DNA of 61,542 bases, counting the filler. It is 5 parts of 5 records of this genome, joined end to end, with 100 filler letters (N's around TTAATTAATTAA, not from the genome) between each part and the next. Parts side by side here need not be neighbours in the genome. Positions count along the whole stretch, not along the records: positions 1 to 18,288 come from SRR31156797_17859; positions 18,389 to 28,582 come from SRR31156797_17865; 3 more parts are not named here. One strand, given 5' to 3'. The notes beneath the pieces are model-generated. The model was not told the DNA's origin, ran no database searches, and worked only from the letters and a program-made list of their open reading frames with translations. A program made the position numbers and the translations under genes. Below are positions 9,668 to 20,086 of the stretch, one piece after another; the stretch's first letter is position 1; every line of letters begins with the position of its first letter.

Positions 9668-12022
9668 TCAGGGTGCACGGTCGGCGGCGCCCACGAGTAC
9701 CTCGCGGCGACCGACCCGGTCGGCTTTGCTGACAATGCCTTCGGCCTCCATGCGTTCGATGATCCGCGCGGCGCGGTTATACCCGATTTGCAGGTGCCGT
9801 TGAACGAAACTTGTCGAAGCCTTGCCTTCGCGTGCGATCAGGGCGACCGCCTGATCGTAGAGCTCGTCGCCGGAATTGCCGCCGCCCAGCATGTCGAAGG
9901 GCGCGTCCTCGTCTTCCTCGGTGACCGATTCGACGTATTCCGGTTCGCCCTGCGAGCGCAGGAACTTGACCACGTCCTCGACCTCCTCGTCGCAGACGAA
10001 GGGACCGTGGACGCGGGTGATGCGGCCGCCGCCGGCCATATACAGCATGTCGCCCTGGCCCAACAGTTGTTCGGCGCCCTGTTCGCCCAAAATGGTGCGG
10101 CTGTCGATCTTGGACGTTACCTGGAAGCTGACGCGGGTCGGGAAATTGGCCTTGATGGTGCCGGTGATGACATCGACCGAGGGGCGCTGCGTCGCCATGA
10201 TCAGGTGGATGCCGGCGGCCCGCGCCATCTGCGCCAGGCGCTGCACGGCGGCCTCGATGTCCTTGCCGGCGACCAGCATCAAATCGGCCATCTCGTCGAC
10301 GACGACGACGATATAGGGCAGCGGGTCCATCGACAGGGGCTGTTCCTCGAAAACGGGGCGGCCGTCATCGTCGAATCCGGTCTGTACCTTGCGGCTCAGG
10401 GTTTCGCCCTTCTTGCGGGCTTCGGCCAGGCGCGAGTTGTAGTTGTCGATGTTGCGCACGCCCAGCTGCGACATGGCGCGGTAGCGCTCCTCCATCTCGC
10501 GGACGGTCCATTTGAGGGCCACCACCGCCTTGCCCGGTTCCGTCACCACCGGCGCCAGAAGGTGCGGAATGCCTTCATAGACCGACAGTTCCAGCATCTT
10601 CGGGTCGATCATGATGAATTTGCAGGCTTCCGGCGGCAGCTGATAAAGCAGCGACAGGATCATCGTATTGATCGCCACCGACTTGCCGGAACCGGTGGTG
10701 CCGGCGATCAGCAGGTGCGGCATGCGGGCCAGATCGACGATCACCGGGGCGCCGCCGATATCCTTGCCCAGGGCCAGCTTCAGCTTGGTGCCGCGTTTCT
10801 CGTAGGGTTCCGAGCTTAAAAGCTCGCGCAGTTGCACGATCTCACGGCGGACGTTCGGCAATTCGATACCGATGACGTTGCGCCCGGGAATGACCGCGGC
10901 GCGTACGCTTACGGCGCTCATCGAGCGCGCGATGTCGTCCGACAGGCCGATGACGCGGGACGTCTTGGTGCCCGGCGCCGGTTCCAGTTCATAGAGCGTC
11001 ACCACCGGACCGGGGCGGACCTTGACGATCTCGCCGTGGACGCCGAAATCCTCGAGCACCGACTCCAGCATCTTGGCGTTCTGGGTCAGGGCCTGCTGGC
11101 TGACGCTGTTGTTGCGGCTTTGCGGCGGTGCTTCCAACAGATCCAAAGGCGGGAACTGGAATTGATCGCCCGGCTCGAGGGCCAGCTTGCCCTGGCGGGC
11201 GGCCTGGGCGCGTCGGCCGGTCTTCGCCTTTTTCTTCGGTTCGACCAGGCCGGTCGCCATTTCCTCCGGCGCCGGCGGTTTCGGGACGATGCGCTTGCGT
11301 GTCTTGCTGCCGGGCGTTTCCAGGCTGGGTTCGGCGCGCTCCGATTGGCCCGGGCCCGATATGCCGAGGCCGCTGATCGTCTCGCGGACCCGAATAGAGG
11401 CGCCATACATGGCCTGTGCGGCCGTCGCCAGACCGCGCCAGAGGCGCAGGCAATCGGTCCAGGTCAATCCAAGCGCGAAAATCAGCGCCGGCGTTCCCAC
11501 CGTCGCGGCCAGTGCCGCCACCATCCAGGGTTCGGCGCCGATGCGGGCGGCCTGAGATACCGCCGGTTCCAGCAGAAGACTTCCCAGGAAGCCGCCGAAG
11601 CCGGCCGTCAGCGGCCAGAAATCGGGGGCGGCGAGCGGCGACAGCGCCATCGCCAGCAGGACAATCGCGAAAACCAGGGCGAAAAGCCGCCGGCCCGGAT
11701 GCCGGACCGCCTGTTTCGAAAAAAGCCGCCATCCCCAGGCCGCAAGAATAAGCGCCGGCAGCAGGCTGACGACGCCCATGGATTGGACCAAAACATCGGC
11801 GGCATAGGCGCCGGCATGGCCCAGCAGGTTGCGGATATGGCCGTCGGAAGCGCTATTGAGCGAGGGATCGCCCGGCGAATAGGTGGCGACGGCGACAAGA
11901 ACGGCGCCGGCGCCCGCGAACAGCACAAGGCCGGCGGTTTCGGCCAACCGCCGTTTCAAAAACTCGATGGCACCCGCGGGCAAGAGGGCGCCGCTGCCGC
12001 CAGACAGAAGCGTTCGCGCCAT
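9668..12022 (-). CDS. ftsK: DNA translocase FtsK
   Basis: N-terminal TM region, Walker A GTTGSGKS, VDEMADL, ATQRPS, gamma domain LQIGYNRAARI. Confidence 0.97.
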   Translation of the reverse strand: MARTLLSGGSGALLPAGAIEFLKRRLAETAGLVLFAGAGAVLVAVATYSPGDPSLNSASDGHIRNLLGHAGAYAADVLVQSMGVVSLLPALILAAWGWRLFSKQAVRHPGRRLFALVFAIVLLAMALSPLAAPDFWPLTAGFGGFLGSLLLEPAVSQAARIGAEPWMVAALAATVGTPALIFALGLTWTDCLRLWRGLATAAQAMYGASIRVRETISGLGISGPGQSERAEPSLETPGSKTRKRIVPKPPAPEEMATGLVEPKKKAKTGRRAQAARQGKLALEPGDQFQFPPLDLLEAPPQSRNNSVSQQALTQNAKMLESVLEDFGVHGEIVKVRPGPVVTLYELEPAPGTKTSRVIGLSDDIARSMSAVSVRAAVIPGRNVIGIELPNVRREIVQLRELLSSEPYEKRGTKLKLALGKDIGGAPVIVDLARMPHLLIAGTTGSGKSVAINTMILSLLYQLPPEACKFIMIDPKMLELSVYEGIPHLLAPVVTEPGKAVVALKWTVREMEERYRAMSQLGVRNIDNYNSRLAEARKKGETLSRKVQTGFDDDGRPVFEEQPLSMDPLPYIVVVVDEMADLMLVAGKDIEAAVQRLAQMARAAGIHLIMATQRPSVDVITGTIKANFPTRVSFQVTSKIDSRTILGEQGAEQLLGQGDMLYMAGGGRITRVHGPFVCDEEVEDVVKFLRSQGEPEYVESVTEEDEDAPFDMLGGGNSGDELYDQAVALIAREGKASTSFVQRHLQIGYNRAARIIERMEAEGIVSKADRVGRREVLVGAADRAP

Positions 12023-12344
12023 ATATCGGTTCTACGATCTTTAGATTTACAAGACCTTAACGATGCGCTCCGGGGCCGCGGTGGTGGTGATCGGATCGGG
12101 GACCGGGGCGACGCGGACAATAACGGTTGAAGGGAAAACCGCTCAAGCCTTCCGGTAACGGATCGAGCATGGACTTTTCGGCGCGCATCCGGCCGAATAA
12201 AGGGCCGAAAGGGTACCGAAAGTAGCCCCGGCCCACCCCGCCCTTCAACAAATTGCGCCGCGTTTCACGATTGCGCCCTGGACAGCGGCGGACAAATGCC
12301 CGAAATCTAACGGATATCATTGAACGGATTGGCGGCGGGGCACC

Positions 12345-13580
12345 ATGGCCACACGCGGAAAGAACCGAAAAGCGATCGAGGCGGACGCTTTAATCGTCGG
12401 CGGCGGACTGGTCGGCGGCGTTTCGGCAATCGCGCTCGCCTCGGCCGGCATTTCCTCGGTGGTGGTCGAACGCGGCAATCCGGCCGAGCAGATGGACGTC
12501 GCCTTCGATGGGCGCGCCTTTGCCATTGCCTACGCCACCCGGCGCATGCTGCAAACCCTTGGAATCTGGGAAGGGATCGCCGATCCGTCGCCGATCCTCG
12601 ATATCCGCGTTTCCGAAAAAGGCTCGCGCCATTTCCTGCATTTCAACGACGGCGAGGGCGGCGACGAACCCTTCGGCCATATGGTCGAGGCCCGCCACAT
12701 GCGCCGCGCCATCCATGCCCGCCTCAAGGATATGGGCGAAATCCAAATGCTCGCCCCGACCGAACTGACCGGGCTGATACGCGGCGAATCGGGCGTTCGC
12801 GCCTTTTTGGCCGACGGCCGCGAGATTTCGGCCCGCCTGGTCATCGCCGCCGACGGCCGCAATTCGAAGGTCCGCAAGGACGCCGGCATCCGCACCACCG
12901 GCTGGTCCTACGGCCAGCATGGCATCGTCTGCACGGTCGAAACCGAAAAACACCACCAGAATGTGGCCCACGAACGCTTCATCCCGTCGGGCCCTTTCGC
13001 AATCCTGCCGCTGACGCAAAACCGCTGTTCCCTGGTCTGGGTTGAAAAATCGCGCCTGGCCGGACGTCAGATGGGGCTGGACGATGCCGAATTCCTGAAA
13101 GAACTCGGCCGCCGCTTCGGCGATTTCCTGGGCGAGCTCCGACTTACCGGCCCGCGCTGGTCCTATCCCTTGGGTCTGCAGTTCGCGCAAGCCGCCCACA
13201 AACCGCGTCTGGTGTTGATCGGCGATGCCCTGCACGCCATGCATCCGATCGCCGGCCAGGGGCTCAACATGGGTCTGCGCGATGTTGCGACATTGGCCGA
13301 GATCCTGGCCGAATCGGGGCGTCTCGGCCTCGATATCGCCGACGGCGTCGGTCTCGCCCGTTACGAGCGCTGGCGCCGCTTCGACAATTTAATGATGCTG
13401 GCGGCGACCGATACCATGGTCCGGACATTCTCCAACGATATCCGGCCGCTGCGCGCCGCCCGCGATCTCGGCCTGTCGGTGATCGGCGGCATCAAGCCGC
13501 TGAAGCGCCTGGCCATGCGCCATCACATGGGGACATTGGGCGACCTGCCGCGGCTTCTGCGCGGACAGCCGGTTTTGTAA
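12345..13580 (+). CDS. UbiH/UbiF/COQ6-family FAD-dependent ubiquinone hydroxylase
   Basis: GGGLVG Rossmann fold, ADGRNS, GDALHAMHPIAGQGLNMGLRD. Confidence 0.92.
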   Translation: MATRGKNRKAIEADALIVGGGLVGGVSAIALASAGISSVVVERGNPAEQMDVAFDGRAFAIAYATRRMLQTLGIWEGIADPSPILDIRVSEKGSRHFLHFNDGEGGDEPFGHMVEARHMRRAIHARLKDMGEIQMLAPTELTGLIRGESGVRAFLADGREISARLVIAADGRNSKVRKDAGIRTTGWSYGQHGIVCTVETEKHHQNVAHERFIPSGPFAILPLTQNRCSLVWVEKSRLAGRQMGLDDAEFLKELGRRFGDFLGELRLTGPRWSYPLGLQFAQAAHKPRLVLIGDALHAMHPIAGQGLNMGLRDVATLAEILAESGRLGLDIADGVGLARYERWRRFDNLMMLAATDTMVRTFSNDIRPLRAARDLGLSVIGGIKPLKRLAMRHHMGTLGDLPRLLRGQPVL

Positions 13581-13651
13581 AGAAAGTTGGATTGTAACCG
13601 TTCTCGGCGAGAAACCCGGCTGAAGGGAAAAGGAATGGAAAAATCGTCTAT

Positions 13652-14140
13652 CTATGGATTGCCAAAGCCTTTTGCCGCTGCCAACAGCCACCCTTGAGCC
13701 CGTTCGATTGCACGCAAACGGTCACCCAAGATCAGATCTTCCCGGATCATTCCTCTTGTGGTCCAGATGGCCGAAATTCCTCCGACGACACTGATCCCGA
13801 GAGAAATCGTCGCAACAACGGAACCAATCACTGGTCCCGTAAACGATACCGCCAGACCCCCGACGGCCAGGGCATTGGCGGCTGCTGCTCCCAAATAGCC
13901 ACCGATTGACGTCGCGTGCATGAGTTCAAAATCTCGGGCGTCATCGAGAATATCGACCCACTTCTTGATTTCGTCATCAGACAATTTGGAACTGGTGGGT
14001 GACGCCGGATCGAATCCGGCGAGACGTATGGCGAGCAAGGGGTCCTCGCACAATGCATCGACCAGATTTTGCAGTTTTTTAGGTGGTAGTGAAGTGCGCT
14101 CACCCGAAAGAAGGAGAGAGAGTTGATTCGCGGGAGACAT
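13652..14140 (-). CDS. hypothetical membrane protein (Gly/Ala-rich TM hairpin)
   Basis: 162-aa ORF 3 bp downstream of the preceding ORF; long hydrophobic GxxxG-rich stretch; lower GC than flanks. Confidence 0.6.
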   Translation of the reverse strand: MSPANQLSLLLSGERTSLPPKKLQNLVDALCEDPLLAIRLAGFDPASPTSSKLSDDEIKKWVDILDDARDFELMHATSIGGYLGAAAANALAVGGLAVSFTGPVIGSVVATISLGISVVGGISAIWTTRGMIREDLILGDRLRAIERAQGWLLAAAKGFGNP

Positions 14141-14143
14141 TGA

Positions 14144-14584
14144 TTAGACGCCGCCGGCCCGCTCTGAGGTTCCTTTGTCGGAAGTCGCGCTTTGGTCGCT
14201 GATCAATCGATCTAAAAGAAGCGAGGCGTCGATCTCATGGGCCTGCGCGTAACCATTTGGCGAGCGTGCGGCAAGGATTTCTCTGATCTGGTTTGACGTT
14301 TCTGTCGACATACTGGCGTGGCGTCGGATCTCTCGGTGGAGCGACATGGCCTCAAATAAACGCATTAACCCGACAGCAACGACGCATGATACAGCGAGAA
14401 CGGAGAGATTACCGGCCAATTCCCAAATACCCGGCAATGGCCTGAATTCGCCGCCAAGATAGCCACCAATCCACGCAACCGCTGCAACAATACCGATGAG
14501 TTGGAATCGGCCGGAATCGAAAAACCGCCATTCGGTTTTGGACTTGGTTTTTTCATGGTGCGGATTGATCAAAAATTCAGACAC
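14144..14584 (-). CDS. hypothetical membrane protein (2 TM + soluble tail)
   Basis: GTG start after GGAGAG; two hydrophobic segments; lower GC than flanks. Confidence 0.6.
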   Translation of the reverse strand: MSEFLINPHHEKTKSKTEWRFFDSGRFQLIGIVAAVAWIGGYLGGEFRPLPGIWELAGNLSVLAVSCVVAVGLMRLFEAMSLHREIRRHASMSTETSNQIREILAARSPNGYAQAHEIDASLLLDRLISDQSATSDKGTSERAGGV

Positions 14585-14811
14585 GATTTTAGCTCTCTCC
14601 GGAAATCAACCTGCCATACAGTAATTATATGGTGCCCGGAGGCTATGGAGCAAACCTTAACACCTGGCCGACGACACACTTCCAATTTGCGCAAATGATT
14701 GGTTGGATCGGTCCCAAACAGTCCGTCGGCGATTTGTCCTTTTCCTAAGTCAATTCGCTTGCTCTAATGGCGCGGTGTTTCCTGACGAATGAAAAAGGGG
14801 AGGAAAGCTTT

Positions 14812-15651
14812 ATGCCCGGACTCGACGGACAGGTCTGGTTCATCACCGGTGCCAGCACCGGTTTCGGCAAGTCACTGGCTTTGGCCGTTCTGGCGCGTCA
14901 GGGCCGCGTCGTCGCAACGGCCCGCAACACGGCCCAGATCGATCCCGCGATCGCGCAATCGGACCGGGCGGTCTGCCTGGCCCTGGACGTCACCGACACG
15001 GCCCAGTGCGAAAGCGCCGTCGAAGGCGCCGTCGCCGCCTTCGGGCGCATCGACGTCTTGGTCAACAATGCCGGTTTCGGCCTGATGGGTGCCGTTGAGG
15101 AAGTCAGCGACGCCGAAGCCCGCGCCGTTTTCGACACCAACGTCTTCGGGCTGCTCAAGATGCTGCGCGCCGCCCTGCCGTCGATGCGCAAGGCCGGCTC
15201 CGGCCATGTGGTCAATATCGGTTCGGTCGGCGGCCTGCTGGCCCGCGCCGGCTCCGGCATCTACGCCGCCACCAAGTTCGCCCTCGAAGGCATTTCCGAA
15301 GGTCTCTATCACGAACTGAAACCACTTGGCATCAAGGTTACCGTCGTCGAGCCGGGCCCCTTCCGCACCGATTTCGGCGGCCGGTCGCTGAATGTGGCCG
15401 AGGCCGAGTTCGACGACTATGCCGAGACCGCGGGCGCCTGGCGCAAACAGCTCAGGGCCAACAGCGGCAAGCAGCAGGGCGATCCCGACAAGGGGGCGCA
15501 CGCCATCATCGACGCCGTCACCGCTCCCGAACCGCCCCTGCATTTCGTGCTCGGCGGGCCGGCCATGGAGCGCGCCGAGGAAAAGCTGCATGCCATCCTC
15601 GGCGAGATCGAACGCTGGCGGAAATTGAGCGTGGCGACCGATTTCGACTAG
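14812..15651 (+). CDS. short-chain dehydrogenase/reductase
   Basis: RBS GGGGAGG; TGASTGFG, NNAG, YAATK catalytic motif. Confidence 0.93.
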   Translation: MPGLDGQVWFITGASTGFGKSLALAVLARQGRVVATARNTAQIDPAIAQSDRAVCLALDVTDTAQCESAVEGAVAAFGRIDVLVNNAGFGLMGAVEEVSDAEARAVFDTNVFGLLKMLRAALPSMRKAGSGHVVNIGSVGGLLARAGSGIYAATKFALEGISEGLYHELKPLGIKVTVVEPGPFRTDFGGRSLNVAEAEFDDYAETAGAWRKQLRANSGKQQGDPDKGAHAIIDAVTAPEPPLHFVLGGPAMERAEEKLHAILGEIERWRKLSVATDFD

Positions 15652-15820
15652 GCGGCATTCGCCGCCCTGCCATATCCGAAATTAATTGCCGGGCATTGAG
15701 AACATGCCGGCGGCGCATGTGATTTTCCGGCGGCCGCGTTTGGGCGTATAATAACGGTCGTTTGGAAGGGTTGTCCGAACCATGGGCCGGTACCGGCCCG
15801 GATATGTCAGGAGGGATGCC

Positions 15821-16168
15821 ATGCCGCACTATCTCCTCCAATGGACCTACAAAGATCCTCAGATCAAGGCTTTGGTGGAAACGCCCCAGGACCGGATGGC
15901 GGAATTGCAGAGGGTCGTCGAATCGCACCACGGCACCTTGCATGATTTTTATTTCGCCTTCGGCAAATTCGACGGCATTGCCATTGTCGAATTCCCCGAG
16001 GTCGAAAGCTGTGCCGCCTGCGTTCTGACGTTGGAGGCGGCCGGCACCAATTCGGTCCTCGAGACGACGGTGCTGATGACCGCTGACGAGGGCCGCCGCG
16101 CCATGGTCAGGGCCAGTTCGACGGTCGCCGCCTACCAATCGCCGAGTGGATACGCCAGCATCGGCTGA
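15821..16168 (+). CDS. GYD-domain protein
   Basis: RBS AGGAGG; FYFAFGKFDGIAIVEFP...ETTVLMT pattern. Confidence 0.8.
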   Translation: MPHYLLQWTYKDPQIKALVETPQDRMAELQRVVESHHGTLHDFYFAFGKFDGIAIVEFPEVESCAACVLTLEAAGTNSVLETTVLMTADEGRRAMVRASSTVAAYQSPSGYASIG

Positions 16169-16213
16169 AGCGGCCGGGATGAGCGGAAAATTGGGTCTTC
16201 GAGCAGGTTGTTC

Positions 16214-16585
16214 TTAAGGATCGCGGCTCAGGCCGTTCGCCTCCAGCGCGTCGAGATAGATCTGCCAGATCTCTTCCTGATGTTCGCCCAGGTTATAGAG
16301 CACGTCCCAGCTGTAAATGCCGGTGTCGTGCAGATCGTCGAAGCGGATCTTGATGGCGTAGTTGCCGACCGCATCGATGCCCATGATGCCGACATGTTTG
16401 CGCCCCGGCACGATGCGCTTGTCCTGGCCGTGGCCCTGGACTTCTGCGGACGGACTTTCGACACGAAGATATTCGGCCGGAAGGCGAAAGGTACGACCGT
16501 CCTCGAAATCCACTTCCAGCAGTTTTTCTTCTTTTTTAAGCCGGATTTCCTGCGGACGGTGCTTGATGGTTGGCGAAGAACTCAT
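16214..16585 (-). CDS. DUF971 / GBBH-like N-terminal domain protein
   Basis: LPAEYLRVESPSAEVQGH, VGNYAI, FDDLHDTGIYSW. Confidence 0.9.
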   Translation of the reverse strand: MSSSPTIKHRPQEIRLKKEEKLLEVDFEDGRTFRLPAEYLRVESPSAEVQGHGQDKRIVPGRKHVGIMGIDAVGNYAIKIRFDDLHDTGIYSWDVLYNLGEHQEEIWQIYLDALEANGLSRDP

Positions 16586-16597
16586 GAGGCGCTTCCT

Positions 16598-16795
16598 TTA
16601 TGATTTTGTGCCCGGCTCGTCGAGCGGCCGGGCTTCGTCCGCCAGCATGATCGGAATGCCGTCGCGGATGGGATAGGCAAGATGAGCCTGCGGGCTGATC
16701 AGTTCCTGGGCCTCGGCATCGTAGCGCAGCGGCCCCTTGGTGACCGGACAGACCAGGATTTCCAGCAATTTCGGATCGACTCGGCGTTCGCTCAT
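16598..16795 (-). CDS. Trm112/YcaR-family protein
   Basis: [14 protein letters not shown]...[11 protein letters not shown]. Confidence 0.92.
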   Translation of the reverse strand: MSERRVDPKLLEILVCPVTKGPLRYDAEAQELISPQAHLAYPIRDGIPIMLADEARPLDEPGTKS

Positions 16796-16827
16796 GATGG
16801 GTTCTCCCGGGACCTTCTGCTTCTCGG

Positions 16828-17496
16828 TCAATGGCGCGGCAGCGACGTCTCGGCGTCGCCGGCGCGGGAGTGAAATTCCAGCAGATCGGTCAAAAACGCG
16901 CCCCTTTCCGACACCCCGGAACATTCCAGAAGGGCCTGCTTGTCGCGCGCCTCGAGCGGACAGACCATGGCCAGCGCCGTCACCAGGGTTTCGTCCGGCA
17001 CCGCTTCCATGGATTCCCAGTCGGCTTCCATTCCGGTTGCCTGGAAATAATCGCCGACGGCTGACATCAAGCGGTTGCGATCCGCCAGTTGGCCCGAGTC
17101 CTCTTCGCGGTCGCCGGTGAAGGCGTCGTAATTGACGGCAAAACGCCGATAACCGTTCATGGGTTCGAGTTCCCCGGCAATGGTAAACCGGCTGATCCCG
17201 GTCAGCGTGATCATGTAGCGCCCGTCGTCGGTTTCGGTGAACGACGTCAGCTTGCCGAGGCAGCCGATGGCAAACACCGGCGCATCGTCGGGGACCGGCT
17301 GGTCCGCCTCTTCGCGCGTTTGCACCATGCCGATCAGACGGTCTCGGCTCAGGGCGTCCTCGACCATGTTGAGGTACCGCGGTTCGAAAATATTCAGCGG
17401 CAGCTGCCCGCGCGGCAGCAACAGGGCCCCGTCCAGGGGAAAAACGGCCAATTGATCGGGAAGGACCATGGCAACGCCGTGGACGTTGGGGCTCAT
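16828..17496 (-). CDS. Lon substrate-binding (N-terminal) domain protein
   Basis: [31 protein letters not shown] overlap with the upstream stop. Confidence 0.9.
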   Translation of the reverse strand: MSPNVHGVAMVLPDQLAVFPLDGALLLPRGQLPLNIFEPRYLNMVEDALSRDRLIGMVQTREEADQPVPDDAPVFAIGCLGKLTSFTETDDGRYMITLTGISRFTIAGELEPMNGYRRFAVNYDAFTGDREEDSGQLADRNRLMSAVGDYFQATGMEADWESMEAVPDETLVTALAMVCPLEARDKQALLECSGVSERGAFLTDLLEFHSRAGDAETSLPRH

Positions 17497-18287
17497 GAGA
17501 ACAGAATCGATGACAGTTGACGCCGGCCCTGGACCGTCAGCGGATGGGTCGGACCGAGGGCTTCGAAGATTTTGACCAACTGCTTGCGGGCGGCTTCTTC
17601 GTTCCATTCCCGATTTCGCCGGACGATTTCGATCAATTGTTCGATGGCCTCTTCCGAACTGCCGGTGCCGTAAAGGGCGACGGCCAGTTCGAAGCGGGCT
17701 TCGTGGTCGTCGGCATTGGCGGCCAATTTATTCTCGAATTCCGCGGTGTCGACGGCCGCGCCGCCCTGCTGGGCCAGTTCCAGGGCCGATACGGCGGCGG
17801 CGATGTCGGTATTTTTCAGAAGCTCGGGCGGCAACCGGCCGATCACCTCTTGCGCCTGCTCGGTATCGCCGGTGGCGATGAAGCAGCGCAGCATTCCGGC
17901 GATGGCGCCCGGATGTGCCGGGTCCTGCGACAGAACCTCGGCGAACATGCGGCTGGCAAGGCCCGGATCGTCGGCGTCCAAAGCCTGCCGGCCGGCTTCC
18001 ACGGCCTCGTCCATCGGCGGCTTGGCGCCACCGGTCAACCGTTCGATGAAGCTTTTGATCTGGCTTTCCTGGACGGCGCCGGTGAAACCGTCGACGGGCC
18101 GGCCCTGGACGAAGCCGAAGACGGCCGGAATCGACTGGACGTTCATCTGCATGGCCAGTTCGCGGTTTTCGTCGACATTGACCTTAACCAGCCGGACCAG
18201 GCCGCCGACGTTGCGGACCAGTTTCTCGATCAGGGGTCCGAGCGTTTTGCACGGGCCGCACCAGGGCGCCCAGAAATCGACGATGAC
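17493..18287 (-). CDS. cnoX: thioredoxin-TPR chaperedoxin CnoX/YbbN, 5' truncated by contig end
   Basis: Open frame to the spacer: [16 protein letters not shown]..., then TPRs and C-terminal [10 protein letters not shown]. Confidence 0.9.
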   Translation of the reverse strand, partial: VIVDFWAPWCGPCKTLGPLIEKLVRNVGGLVRLVKVNVDENRELAMQMNVQSIPAVFGFVQGRPVDGFTGAVQESQIKSFIERLTGGAKPPMDEAVEAGRQALDADDPGLASRMFAEVLSQDPAHPGAIAGMLRCFIATGDTEQAQEVIGRLPPELLKNTDIAAAVSALELAQQGGAAVDTAEFENKLAANADDHEARFELAVALYGTGSSEEAIEQLIEIVRRNREWNEEAARKQLVKIFEALGPTHPLTVQGRRQLSSILFS

Positions 18288-18288
18288 C

Positions 18289-18388
18289 NNNNNNNNNNNN
18301 NNNNNNNNNNNNNNNNNNNNNNNNNNNNNNNNTTAATTAATTAANNNNNNNNNNNNNNNNNNNNNNNNNNNNNNNNNNNNNNNNNNNN
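18289..18388. other. artificial contig-join spacer
   Basis: 44 N + TTAATTAATTAA (stops in all six frames) + 44 N. Confidence 0.99.
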
Positions 18389-18836
18389 GCTTATAGGCAT
18401 TTCCTTTCATGAACGAAGGGGCATGAAAATTCAGTCAAAAAATGCAAAAAAAGAATTGAGGACAACATATTCTGATTGCTACAAAAATTCATTGCCAAAC
18501 AAATAACAATGCAATCATCCGCCGCAGGCGGCGCGTTCCATCAATGCCAATCAGAAGATTATTGAAATAATACAGTTGTTTAGAATTACCGGGGTCAAAG
18601 TTTTAATTCACGGAAATAACATGGTGCTGTGGGAAAAGTTTGGACGTAGAAAAAACGTGAAAGCAAACAATAATATAATGCACTTTTTTGGGTTGCGCCG
18701 GCTTCGCCGGACCCTTCGGGATGACTTTAGTTATTCATGACTTTGATTTGTCAGGCGTTGTAGGGACAAATAAAATATTGCAGTAATTGAAAATTGCTGA
18801 GTCAATGTTGCAATTTACGGGATTTCTACATGCCTG
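18389..18836. repeat. putative non-coding repeat/MITE-like element at contig start
   Basis: No ORF; GC hairpins CCGCC-GCA-GGCGG (18519-18531), CCGGC-TTC-GCCGG and CCCTTCGGG (18698-18720) in AT-rich DNA; the assembly breaks within it. Confidence 0.35.
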
Positions 18837-18910
18837 AAAAAGAAAAGCAAAAACAAAAAAGGAAAGTTGTACGAAATATATGGTCAAAAATTGAAAAAAG
18901 AAATCCAGAA

Positions 18911-19555
18911 TCATTCAGTAATCTGGTGTTCAGTGTCACTTGCGTCAAGCTCCATGTCTGAGGAATTAGCATCAAAGACTATCATGCCTGTTTTCAGGTG
19001 ACTGGCTTGTTCCTGGTCCAGTGCGGAGGATTTTGCCTTGTCAGATATGATGGCACTGTTGCCGAAGGGGTCTTCAATTATGACTGTGAGGTTTCTTTTG
19101 CCTTCCATGGCTTCTTCGAGGTACTTCTGTACTTCAAGTCCCTTTGCGTGTTTTTCCTCGTCATCATCTTCTTTTGCCCATTTGGTTGCAGTGATGACTA
19201 CCTTGTATATCCTGTCGAGTATACCTTCGATATTAGTTATGTATGAATCTGATACTGAGCCGGGCTCAACATCAATTCCAAGTTCGGGTATCCTGATGGT
19301 ACCTGAGGTGGAGCGCACAACCCTGCTGTTTAAGTCCTCAAGACCTTCTACCTGAAGCTCATACCGCATTGGCTCTTTCTGTGAAAGGATAAGGGTATCA
19401 GCAAACCTGAAACTACAATTACATGCCGCAGTTATGTACATCACTTCGCCAAAATAGGGGATTTCATCACCCTGCCAGCTGATAACCAGCTCCTCGTGGC
19501 AGAGTGGGCATGATGTTAACGTTTGAAAGCTACGGCACGATTCTTCTTCGCTCAA
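18911..19555 (-). CDS. archaeal ZPR1 zinc-finger protein
   Basis: CPLC...IPYFGEVM...CNC, RVVRSTSGTIRIPELG, EDPFGNSAI. Confidence 0.92.
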   Translation of the reverse strand: MSEEESCRSFQTLTSCPLCHEELVISWQGDEIPYFGEVMYITAACNCSFRFADTLILSQKEPMRYELQVEGLEDLNSRVVRSTSGTIRIPELGIDVEPGSVSDSYITNIEGILDRIYKVVITATKWAKEDDDEEKHAKGLEVQKYLEEAMEGKRNLTVIIEDPFGNSAIISDKAKSSALDQEQASHLKTGMIVFDANSSDMELDASDTEHQITE

Positions 19556-19932
19556 TATCTTCCACCAGTTAGCTTTGATCTGTCGATCTTAATTCCTGTT
19601 GGTGTTACAAGGACCTGGTCATCCTTGATACCTGCGATATCGCCATGTACATCGATCACTACGTCTTTAAGGTCCTTCAAAGCGCGGTCAAGTAGTAACT
19701 TGTCCACCTTTATGTTGGATATGTCGATCATCACGATATTACCGTCGTAGATCTCTTTCTTGAGTGATGTCAGTTCATTGAGGTTTGTAAGCTCTGCAAC
19801 CCTGATATAGGTCTCTGCCGGCTCATCATCAATTACCTCTTCATACCTTGTAAGGTCCAGTTCAGTGTATTCATCCTCTAAGGTTGAGCTCTTGCTGCTG
19901 CCACCAAATAATTTGTTCACGATATTTGCCAT
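19552..19932 (-). CDS. sepF: archaeal cell-division protein SepF
   Basis: IYDGNIVMIDI...GDIAGI...VLVTPTGIKIDR; archaeal PUA-sepF-ZPR1 synteny. Confidence 0.88.
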   Translation of the reverse strand: MANIVNKLFGGSSKSSTLEDEYTELDLTRYEEVIDDEPAETYIRVAELTNLNELTSLKKEIYDGNIVMIDISNIKVDKLLLDRALKDLKDVVIDVHGDIAGIKDDQVLVTPTGIKIDRSKLTGGRY

Positions 19933-20086
19933 AATTCGCCCTCATGTATTCAAAAGCATTGTTATATATTAATATTATTCCTACTTAATATGTTACTGGA
20001 TATTTAATATGAACTGTTGAAGCTATTTGCTGATATTTGATATCTTGATATTTATATTTAAACTCATCCTATTTTAATGATTTCTT

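Noticed and set aside
18333-18344. TTAATTAATTAA palindrome, recurring four times
   Set aside because: Artificial six-frame stop linker; ORFs ending in XXX-LIN are artefacts
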